Assembly: GCA_963777505.1 (NCBI GenBank)
Contig: CAVZQN010000001.1
Span: 64,001-128,000, forward strand
Reading direction: 5' to 3'
DNA length: 64,000 nt
Source of the DNA: an uncultured bacterium
GTDB taxonomy: Bacteria > Acidobacteriota > HRBIN11 > JAKEFK01
Shown: in pieces, positions 48,231 through 56,839 of the stretch
How positions within the stretch are numbered: the first letter of the stretch is position 1
Layout of the letters: each line of letters opens with the position of its first letter
The notes under the pieces: model-generated
Database searches by the model: none
What the model was told of the DNA's origin: nothing
The model's input: the letters and a program-made list of their open reading frames with translations, nothing else
Translations under genes and position numbers: made by a program

Positions 48231-50654
48231 CTACCAGCTGTACGAAACGCTACCAAGAGCGCGTCGCCCAAGAAGATCGCCACCGAACGCTTCCCAGTGC
48301 TCATTGTCAATCAAATTCGCTACATTGACACCGACTTTCCAATGGTCAGTAATGAGATAATTGCCGACCACATCAACTGTTGTGTAAGACTCCACATCAC
48401 CCTGAAATGGCCCAACTCCCCAGCGGAAATCATCGACCCAGCGAAGTGTAAATCCTGCATCCCACCGTGGCTGACGATAACCTAAACCAACAGCAAACTT
48501 GTTCTCCGGAGAATTAGGAAGTAGGATCCGGTCCAGGCCCGGCTGGGAATCACGGATTTCGAAGTCAAACCAGGAATAGCTAAAAGACGCCGTCCAATCG
48601 TCCTGAAAATAATAGTTAACTGCTATATCGATCCCCTGCGTGTCTACTTTACCGAAATTTGTATAAGAAGCAGCTGCAAAATATTAGATCCATCTAAATT
48701 ATTCGAAAGCAGCGGAACTTGCGCACGGATCGCTGCTTCAACAGCATCCGGTAGTCCAGCAGGACCCTCCCAAGGTCCAAAATTTGGATTGATGCGCCCA
48801 AGTGCGGTTCCAAGTTGAGGCAGTAGATCAGTAATGAAGTTATCCGAAACTGCATTATAGTAATCGACCGTTAGAAACACTTTGTTTTTAAGAATTCCAC
48901 TGTAACCTATTTCCCAACTTTTTATCTTTTCCACTTCCAGATCGACGTTTCCCAAGGCAAGTGCCCGGGTAATGCCAAAGCCGCAATCCACACCAAAAGG
49001 TGTGCAAAATGCATTCAATGCTGAGAGATTGACTGGAGCTGCAGCATCAGCCTGCAAGAAAAATTCAGAATAGTTCGCTACCTGGAAAGCGCGATTGTAG
49101 GTAAAACGAAGGACGTTGTCTCGATTTACGGAATAAACAAGTGCACCTTTCGGGGAAAACTGCTCATCATGTAAGCTGCTAAAATCACCACGTGCTGCTA
49201 ATACTAACTTTAGCGAATCTAAAATGTGATACTCGAACTGGCCAAAAATAGCTTGCGAATCAGACTCAACAGGTTCGAAGATCAGTGTCTCCCGGTTTAA
49301 ATCCTCATCAAAACTGTCAATATTTTCTACGCCGGCGGATGCTCCAGCAATAATTCTGATTGAATCTCCGAAGCTCCAATTCGTCTGACCCTCTACAACA
49401 AAGTTTGACTCATCAAGCACCAGGTTAGAGCCTGAGCTGAGAGCCAACTGGCGGTCGGCCTTGCGGCCATTATAGTAAGTCAGAATGTTGAATCGTTCGC
49501 CGCTGAAACTGGCACGGAACCATGGACGTTGCGCCTCAACAACTTGAACGCGTCCGATCCCCGTCTGAAATAGTGGACCGGCGATGTCTGCATACCCACC
49601 TTCAGCAGTTAACACCATATCATCACCAAAATATTTATCGATTCGCGCCCCAAAAAAATAAATGTCGTCATTATCTTCCCTCTCTAGAGGAACGCGCTCT
49701 TGGGGTAAGCAGTCTGTAGTAATCGCAGGTGGAGCACATGGACGCGAATATTCTGCCTGGCCGTTCCGAGAAACAGCGAAGTCTCCAGTATTACGAGAAC
49801 CGGCTACAGTTTTGGCATACCAATCACCACCCAGTGAGCCAGCCCAACGGAAGTCGAAGTTAACAGTATCGAGTTCACCTCCTGTAAACCGCAAAAAACC
49901 TCCCTGGCTGTAACGTGGAGGCTTTGTCGTTATGTTGATAACGCCGCTGGATGCGTTCGCACCATATAGCGCGGCACTCGGACCACGAAGATACTTCGAG
50001 AGTTGCGATATCATCGAGTGGAAATGAGATAGCAGCCCACTCCTGTGAACCGAGAAATGGCACCGCAGGATCGCGGCCATCGACAAGAGTTGCTACACGC
50101 CGATTCAAAGAACTATTGAAGCCGCGAGTATTGAAGTTGTAATCGTAAAGTCCACTCTGAGTTACTTCGGCTCCTGGAGTAAATTCAAGCAGCTTTGGAA
50201 CTTGTCCAGTCGCAGCTTTTTGTTGGATCTCCTCTTCACTCACACTGGTTATTGCTGCAGGAGCTTCAACGATTCGTTCAACCTCGCGAGAGGCAGAAGT
50301 TACTGTAATACTTTCTGCAATTCCAGCCACCCAATCAACATTCTGTTCCAATTCCGTTGTGGCATCTGCGGTCACAGAAACGTCGGGAACTGTAGTTGTG
50401 TTTTCACCGAGCGCAAGAGTAATCGAGTACGCACCTTCAGGAACATCATTTAAAAAGAACGCACCGTTCGCATCAGTGATATCAGTGGCACCAATTTCGT
50501 TGAGAACTACGCTAACGCCGGCCACTCCACTCCCATCCGCGCGAATCACGCGACCTTTGATGCGACCATTTCCCTGTTGAGAGAAAGCGTAATCTGAGGT
50601 GAGGATGCTAACAACAAAGAGTGAAGCAATAAAAAGCCAGCAGAATCGGTTCAT
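48231..50654 (-). CDS. TonB-dependent receptor with N-terminal carboxypeptidase-regulatory-like domain (frameshifts near 49992 and 48680)
   Basis: Signal peptide; ESITVTSASR TonB box; plug NTRGFN...LVDGR...LRGPSAALYGANASSGVINITTK; third frame continues to ...GRRALGSVSYSW*. The +1 and -1 shifts cancel to 808 codons. Confidence 0.88.
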
Positions 50655-50800
50655 CTTTCCTCCATCTGACTGCGATGCTTTAAATCTTTTGCCGATGTTA
50701 ACACAGCAGTAACATATGGACAATTGCTAACAACAGTTGATTTTGGCAGCTGGGGTGCGTTCGGTTATCATCCTTGAAATGAAATCTCCGATCATCGGCA

Positions 50801-51424
50801 GTGGGCATAGCATTCACCGCAGTTATTGCAATCGTTTCAATCTACGTGTGGCCCAGCGTCCCCTGGATCTATTACATTTTCAAACCAGCAACTACGATCC
50901 TCATTCTGCTGCTTGCACTCTCCGCCCCAAACAACCGATACAAAATTGCAATCGTAATCGGACTTTTTTTCGCTTTGATGGGGGACATCTTTCTGATGCT
51001 TCCTTCGGATCAATTCATGGCGGGATTAATATGTTTCCTGATCACTCACATTTGTTACAGCGTTGCATTTTTGTCTGATTCAAAATTTGGACGGCCGGTC
51101 TGGACATATCTGCTGCTTGCAACGGTTGGAGTTTTGATTTTTAACGTGCTATCAAAACACATTGAGCCAGCGATGAAATTGCCTGTAGCAATTTATGCGG
51201 CCGCTTTGTGTTTTATGACTTCTCAGGCGATTGCACGAAACTTACAGCATCGAAAGAAAGGCTCATTGATTGCTTCTATCGGTGCTGTTCTGTTTCTGAT
51301 TTCCGATACAATTCTTGCATATGACAGGTTTGTTTTTGTCTATGTCATTTCGCAGGCAATTATTTTAGCCACTTATTTTATGGCTCAATATTTGATTGCT
51401 TTAAGCACAAAGATGCAGAGTTAG
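50801..51424 (+). CDS. Lysoplasmalogenase (YhhN family)
   Basis: FKP, GDIFLM, GLICFLITHICY, GAVLFLISDTILA, TYFMAQ. Confidence 0.9.
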   Translation: MGIAFTAVIAIVSIYVWPSVPWIYYIFKPATTILILLLALSAPNNRYKIAIVIGLFFALMGDIFLMLPSDQFMAGLICFLITHICYSVAFLSDSKFGRPVWTYLLLATVGVLIFNVLSKHIEPAMKLPVAIYAAALCFMTSQAIARNLQHRKKGSLIASIGAVLFLISDTILAYDRFVFVYVISQAIILATYFMAQYLIALSTKMQS

Positions 51425-53814
51425 CTTAGTTTCAAACGCTTGAGTATTTCATCAAATCGGGGATCTGAACGAAGGTCATCAACGAGTGGATTTACTTTAA
51501 TCGAACTTAATCCGTTTGCGCGCTCTGTATATGCTTTATCCAGCCAAGCAAAGGCTTCATCTTTTCTTCCTAAGGCTCCATAAAAGCATGCCAAATAATA
51601 TTCGGGCACATATTGTGTTTTTGATCGTTCCAGCAATTCAGAAAGAACGGCTTCGGCTTCCATCATTTTTCGTGCTTTCGCGAGGCCCATTCCGAGGCCC
51701 GACAATGCTACAGGCGCACGATTCGAATATTGAACCGCCTTCTGTAAAGCTTCCAATGCTTTGTCGTAATTCTTTTTCGCCAGATAACTCAAACCCAGCC
51801 AATAGTAGGGACTGGGATAGGTTGGCGCCATTTCATTGAGACTCACAAGCTGCTCAATTGCAAGATCATATTCACGCATCCAATTGTGTTGTATTCCAAC
51901 AGTCAGAAGCTTGCTAGGAAAATAACCGGGATCGAGTTCTTTAAAACGTTTCATATGTATGCGTGCTTCATCAAATCGTCCCAAAGAAACCGAGTGAAAA
52001 GCAAGAACGGTCACGGTTAAGGAGTCATTTGGATTTAATTCTAATGATCTTTTTAATTCTCGTTCAGAACCCTCCCAGTCAAAATCATAATTTACATGAA
52101 TATGACCTAGCGTCCGGTGAGGTTGTGCCAACGTTTCATCAAGCTGTATCGCTTTTAGCGCAAGCTCTTTCGCTTTAGGCATCACTTCCTTTGGTGGAAG
52201 ACCACCGAGAATTGCTCCATTAATGCCCAGGAAATTGTAACAATCAGCTAGTCCATCGTAAGCCAACGCATATGTCGGATCTTTATCGATTGCGTTTTGA
52301 AAAACACTCATTGCTTTTTGAACGGAATCAGGTGTTCTTTGGAGCAGAAAAAATTGACCTTTCAGAAAAAGTTGATACGCTTCCGCATTTGCTGTGTATT
52401 GTTTGGCAACAACGCTTTCTTCTTGATCTGTAAGTTTAATGCGAAGTTGATTGGAAATTTCTTTCGAGATTTCAGATTGCAAGGAAAGAATATCCGCAAG
52501 CTTACGGTCATACTGACTGCCCCAAATCTGAGTACCATCGCGGGCATCAACAAAATCGACTGTCACTCGCAACGACTCCCCTTCTTGCAAAAGCTTTCCA
52601 GTTACTACACCATCTACTCCTAATTCTTTTCCAGCCTGCCGCGGGTCGACATCTTTATTCTTGTAGGTAAATACTGTTCCCCTTGCCATCACTCGAATTT
52701 GACTGATAGGTGAAATGTTGTTGATGATGCTATCTGTGATCCCATCGCTGAGATATTCCGTTTCAAGATTGACACTCTTAAATGGCAATACAGCCAATGA
52801 ACGGATTTCCTTTTCTCCGCTTGAACCTGAGCGATAAAAGAATATTGCTGCTGCGATTGCAGCAACAGCAAGAATGGCTGCGACAGGCAGCCACAATCTT
52901 TTTTGCTTCGATGGAAAAACTGCTGTTGGCTCAGATTGTTGTTTCCCTGAATCTAAATCGCGTTTTAGATTTTTTAAGTCGACTAGAATTTCTGAAGTTG
53001 ACTGATAGCGATTGTCAGGATCTTTCTCCATGCACTTTCGAATAATCCGTTCGAGTTCTTGCGGAATGCTGTAGTTCAAACGGCTGATCGACTCTGGCTG
53101 GCTATGGATGATTTTATCGATTGTTTCTGAGGGATTGCTTCCAGAAAATGGCTGCTTCCCTGTTGCCATTTCATAGAAAACAATTCCCATACTAAATACA
53201 TCTGTACGATGATCTATCGTTTTACCTAAGGATTGTTCAGGGCTCATATACGCAACAGTGCCTATGACTGCTCCACCTTTAGTTTTGCTCCAGGTGTCTA
53301 CTGCACTGATCTCATGCGCCGGAGCCGCTTTTTCAATTCGTGCAAGTCCAAAGTCCAACAATTTCACATGACCTTTGTTTGAAACCATTACATTGGCTGG
53401 CTTCAAGTCACGGTGAGTGATTCCTCTGGAGTGAGCCTCCGACATCGCATCAGTTAATTGAATTGCATATTGCAAAAATTCATCAATGGACAAAGCCTTA
53501 CCATTCATTTTGGATCGTAAGGTCTCGCCTTCGACGTATTGCATTACAATAAAATTCACATCATCAAATTGATTTATTTCGTAAACATGAACGATGTTTG
53601 GATGATCTATAGCAGAGGCAGCTTTCGCCTCCCGCACAAAGCGTCCCATTCGATCGCGGTCGGATGAGAATTCAGAGGGCAAGACCTTAAGTGCTACTTT
53701 GCGATCCAGTTGTGTATCTTCAGCTAAATACACTTCTCCCATTCCGCCGGCACCGATGGATTTGATGATTCGATAATGTGAGATTGAACGTCCAGTCAGG
53801 TCTTTCGAATCCAT
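51421..53814 (-). CDS. Ser/Thr kinase with TM, TolB-like and TPR domains
   Basis: GAGGMGEVY, HRDLKPAN, DFGLA, YMSPEQ; SLAVLPF...YLSDGITD; TPR repeats. Confidence 0.95.
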   Translation of the reverse strand: MDSKDLTGRSISHYRIIKSIGAGGMGEVYLAEDTQLDRKVALKVLPSEFSSDRDRMGRFVREAKAASAIDHPNIVHVYEINQFDDVNFIVMQYVEGETLRSKMNGKALSIDEFLQYAIQLTDAMSEAHSRGITHRDLKPANVMVSNKGHVKLLDFGLARIEKAAPAHEISAVDTWSKTKGGAVIGTVAYMSPEQSLGKTIDHRTDVFSMGIVFYEMATGKQPFSGSNPSETIDKIIHSQPESISRLNYSIPQELERIIRKCMEKDPDNRYQSTSEILVDLKNLKRDLDSGKQQSEPTAVFPSKQKRLWLPVAAILAVAAIAAAIFFYRSGSSGEKEIRSLAVLPFKSVNLETEYLSDGITDSIINNISPISQIRVMARGTVFTYKNKDVDPRQAGKELGVDGVVTGKLLQEGESLRVTVDFVDARDGTQIWGSQYDRKLADILSLQSEISKEISNQLRIKLTDQEESVVAKQYTANAEAYQLFLKGQFFLLQRTPDSVQKAMSVFQNAIDKDPTYALAYDGLADCYNFLGINGAILGGLPPKEVMPKAKELALKAIQLDETLAQPHRTLGHIHVNYDFDWEGSERELKRSLELNPNDSLTVTVLAFHSVSLGRFDEARIHMKRFKELDPGYFPSKLLTVGIQHNWMREYDLAIEQLVSLNEMAPTYPSPYYWLGLSYLAKKNYDKALEALQKAVQYSNRAPVALSGLGMGLAKARKMMEAEAVLSELLERSKTQYVPEYYLACFYGALGRKDEAFAWLDKAYTERANGLSSIKVNPLVDDLRSDPRFDEILKRLKLS

Positions 53815-53845
53815 TCACATGATTATAGACCGATTGGACATGATG

Positions 53846-53872
53846 CCCGGCCACCGGGTTCGCGAGGCCGGG
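53846..53872 (-). terminator. Hairpin after the 53894 gene (possible terminator)
   Basis: CCCGGCC/GGCCGGG stem; no clear U tract. Confidence 0.4.
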
Positions 53873-53893
53873 TCTCAAGATATAAGCGCTGAT

Positions 53894-54364
53894 TTAGTTC
53901 GAAACGCCAGAAAATTTCTTTGTGCGCGGAGCATCCCCGGGTTGAGTCTTTTCTGCAGCGTGTTCTCTTAAAATGTTGGCGGCTTCAGCTTGCATCATTT
54001 TTTGATATGCGTGCCCTTTGGCAGTTCTAGCTTCGCCGGGAGCGTGTTCCTGGGATTCTTTCATTTTTAAATACGCTTGTCCCTTCGCAGTTCGTGCTTG
54101 ACCGGGACCCTGCTTTTGATCCTCTAACATTTTTTGATATGCAATTCCTTTTGCGGTCCTTGCCTCACCCGGCGGCAATTTATCAGCACTGGTTGGACCA
54201 GAAGCGAAATTGTCAAATGCATTTTTTTCTTTTGGTGTCTCAAATGTGTCTTTTGCCGCTTCTTTTGTGACTGAAGTCTCAGTCTTAGCAGGAGCGGGTT
54301 GCTCCCCTGTTTGTTGAACTTCAATTGGTTTTGATCCTGGTGGTACTCCATTAATTCCTGACAT
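53894..54364 (-). CDS. Small hydrophilic protein with three tandem PG(E/Q)ARTAKGxAYxKM repeats
   Basis: 156 aa, AGGAGG RBS, low-complexity N-terminus, 22-aa period repeats also visible in the DNA. Confidence 0.8.
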   Translation of the reverse strand: MSGINGVPPGSKPIEVQQTGEQPAPAKTETSVTKEAAKDTFETPKEKNAFDNFASGPTSADKLPPGEARTAKGIAYQKMLEDQKQGPGQARTAKGQAYLKMKESQEHAPGEARTAKGHAYQKMMQAEAANILREHAAEKTQPGDAPRTKKFSGVSN

Positions 54365-54452
54365 CGTATCCTCCTGTGAACCAGTATCAATGTAATGCCG
54401 ATACTAAAAGCGCACCTCTACCTGGAGTTATAGAAAAGAGTACAGAAAAGGT

Positions 54453-55523
54453 TTACCGCAGAGGTTCAGAGACTAAAATACCGAAATCTACAAGTTTTCG
54501 AAGCTGTTGATTGTCTACGTGTAAGCCCTTTTCTTGCAGGATTGTTTCGATAGCATCTTGTGTGGGACGGCCATCAAAGTAGGGTAAAGAATCGAGGATT
54601 TGGCGGGAAAGATCCATTGGATCGTATTGATTGTAAGTCCAAACACGATACACATCCGCACTTATAGGTAGCACCTTTTTCCACTGGGCTATGCGAAGAG
54701 CTGACGGTACATCAACTGAATACAAATCTGCGAATGCTTTTTGTGTAAGCCGGGCAATTAGCTTCAATTCGGATCCGCACAAATGTTCGACTTCTTGCCA
54801 ATTAAGAGTTGCGACAAGTTTTGCGCATTCAACAAAAAACTCGCGTTCGCGGCCTTGCCACTTACCCCAAAACAATTCAGGGTGACCGCTAACTCTTTCC
54901 GATGGTGGCGGCGGAAAAAGAAGTTCCATTGCATGCGGCCCAATATCAAGTTGAAGAATGCACCAGTGTGATAGCAGACGTTCTGTTTCTGACAGGAGTT
55001 GATCCATATACTTCCAGAAAATTACGCCGACTGATCCGCGAACATATTTGCAAAACCATGTTGCACAACGTGAATTACGATGCTTCCAGATTCCGCACTT
55101 ACCACCTTCATCCGCAAAAAAGTAGGGACATCGCAATCCTGGAGTCTGTCCAAAAGCAGAATTGCTAGTCGCATGGCGATACATCGCCCAATATTCACCG
55201 GAAGCAGAAACTCCAAGCGGGGTTGCAATCAAGTGGTTTTGAAGCTGATCTTCAAATGCGGATTTTCCTCTTGCAAATTCAGGATCCTCATCCAGCAAAA
55301 TTTGACCGGCAAGAAAATTGGGAAGCTCTGGAATATATGTGCAGCATTTCGTTGTGACATCAAAGACAAAGTCAGATTTGTTCTTTTGAGAATCCTGTGA
55401 ACACATCGGACAATCCTGACACGCGGCTTCGGTTTCATTCGGAATCGGTTGTCTTAAAAGCTCATCCATCCACCGGCTATAAAGTGGCGGAAGGACAGCA
55501 GCATTCTCAGGTGTGAGCTTCAT
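54453..55523 (-). CDS. Cys-rich YkgJ-like (putative Fe-S/Zn) protein with C-terminal winged-helix-like domain
   Basis: CQDCPMC, KCCTY, LRCPY, GKCGIWKHRNSRCATWFC; tail LPYFDGRPT...LRKLVDFGILV. Confidence 0.7.
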   Translation of the reverse strand: MKLTPENAAVLPPLYSRWMDELLRQPIPNETEAACQDCPMCSQDSQKNKSDFVFDVTTKCCTYIPELPNFLAGQILLDEDPEFARGKSAFEDQLQNHLIATPLGVSASGEYWAMYRHATSNSAFGQTPGLRCPYFFADEGGKCGIWKHRNSRCATWFCKYVRGSVGVIFWKYMDQLLSETERLLSHWCILQLDIGPHAMELLFPPPPSERVSGHPELFWGKWQGREREFFVECAKLVATLNWQEVEHLCGSELKLIARLTQKAFADLYSVDVPSALRIAQWKKVLPISADVYRVWTYNQYDPMDLSRQILDSLPYFDGRPTQDAIETILQEKGLHVDNQQLRKLVDFGILVSEPLR

Positions 55524-55525
55524 AA

Positions 55526-56716
55526 TCAAACTTCGGAATATCGTGTGATTCTTTCTGTCACAATCATTCCACGCTGCTTGCATCCTTCGATGATCTGCCT
55601 GCCTGGTATTGCCAGTTCAACCGGAATTGCACCTGGCCGAATTTGTTTGGCTGCAAGCGCAAAAGCGACCATCGCGGCATGAAATCCAGTCGTCCTTTCC
55701 ATCGAAGTAAATTTTGTTTCAGGATCGTAATAATCAAAAAGATCGACAACTGCTTCAACTCTTTTTCCATCTTTCATGCCGATACACTTCGCGCGGATAA
55801 TACAAACATCTTCTTCTCCGGATTTTGCAATGATTTTAGGATTCAAGACAGCTTCGAGTAAATCACGCGGACGAACATTCGCCGAACCTAAAGCTACAGG
55901 TGCTTCATCAAATAAACCCGCATCTCTTAGCGTTTTCCATTGTTGAAAATGACCTTTATAGCGAAGCGTCTTATTTTGATATGTCTTTAATTTACCCAAA
56001 AATGTGCGCGGAGCAGTTGAGGTTCCCCCTGCAGTTGTAAAGGCTTCCAGCTGTCCGGTCGGTTCGGGAAAATCGACAAGCTCGTATTCTTCAAAACATG
56101 GAACCGATACGATCTTTCCGTCGCGCAAGAATTCCGTTGTGCCGCAATATTCATTGATCAGCCCTTCAAAATGAAATGTCAAAATATAATTCCACGGGGG
56201 TTGCGGGTTTTTCGGAATCCCACCATCATATAAAAACACTTCTTCAGGTTGATCAACAAGGCTCATCGCATACGTACAAACTGAAGTTCCAAGGCCTGGA
56301 ACCATTCCACAATCAGGTACGATCGTGATTTCACGGCTTCTGGCTTCTTCATCGAATTCCAATTCGCGAAATACAAGCTCTGTATTTCCGCCCAGGTCAC
56401 ACATCGAAGTTCCAGCTTCAATTGCACATCGCGCGATTTCTAAATTGTTATAGTACGGGACCGCACTCAATGCTGCATCGGCCTGCTTCAGAAGTGAAAC
56501 CAGATCTTTTTTGTTTTTAACATCAACTCTTTCTGCAACAGCGACCGATCTTCCGGCAAGATTATTAATTCGTGAGCAAGAAGCTTCCGAACGATCCTTC
56601 AATGCATCTGCAATCACTACTTTTTCTGTTTGAGGATTTTTTGCCAGATCATATGCAGCAGCAGTCCCCTGCCGTCCTGCACCGATGACTAAGAATTTGT
56701 AGCTTTCTATCGGCAT
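55526..56716 (-). CDS. Saccharopine dehydrogenase / lysine 6-dehydrogenase family oxidoreductase
   Basis: VIGAGRQG, DLGGN, PDCGMVPG, GLINEY, KTLRYKGH, SMERTTGF. Confidence 0.9.
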   Translation of the reverse strand: MPIESYKFLVIGAGRQGTAAAYDLAKNPQTEKVVIADALKDRSEASCSRINNLAGRSVAVAERVDVKNKKDLVSLLKQADAALSAVPYYNNLEIARCAIEAGTSMCDLGGNTELVFRELEFDEEARSREITIVPDCGMVPGLGTSVCTYAMSLVDQPEEVFLYDGGIPKNPQPPWNYILTFHFEGLINEYCGTTEFLRDGKIVSVPCFEEYELVDFPEPTGQLEAFTTAGGTSTAPRTFLGKLKTYQNKTLRYKGHFQQWKTLRDAGLFDEAPVALGSANVRPRDLLEAVLNPKIIAKSGEEDVCIIRAKCIGMKDGKRVEAVVDLFDYYDPETKFTSMERTTGFHAAMVAFALAAKQIRPGAIPVELAIPGRQIIEGCKQRGMIVTERITRYSEV

Positions 56717-56839
56717 GAAGCTAATGTATCACAGGTTTTCTTTGCATCTTTGCGGTTGAGTTCAATCCAAAACGAAAGGTACTTCCGTACAAACACTTGA
56801 TGACTCAGTTAAACGTTTTTCCTTTGCCTTGGAGGTACC

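Noticed and set aside
54377-54404. Sigma28-like TGAA-N16-GCCGATAC on the plus strand
   Set aside because: It points antisense into the 54453 gene and is explained as one arm of a 5' UTR hairpin of the minus-strand gene.
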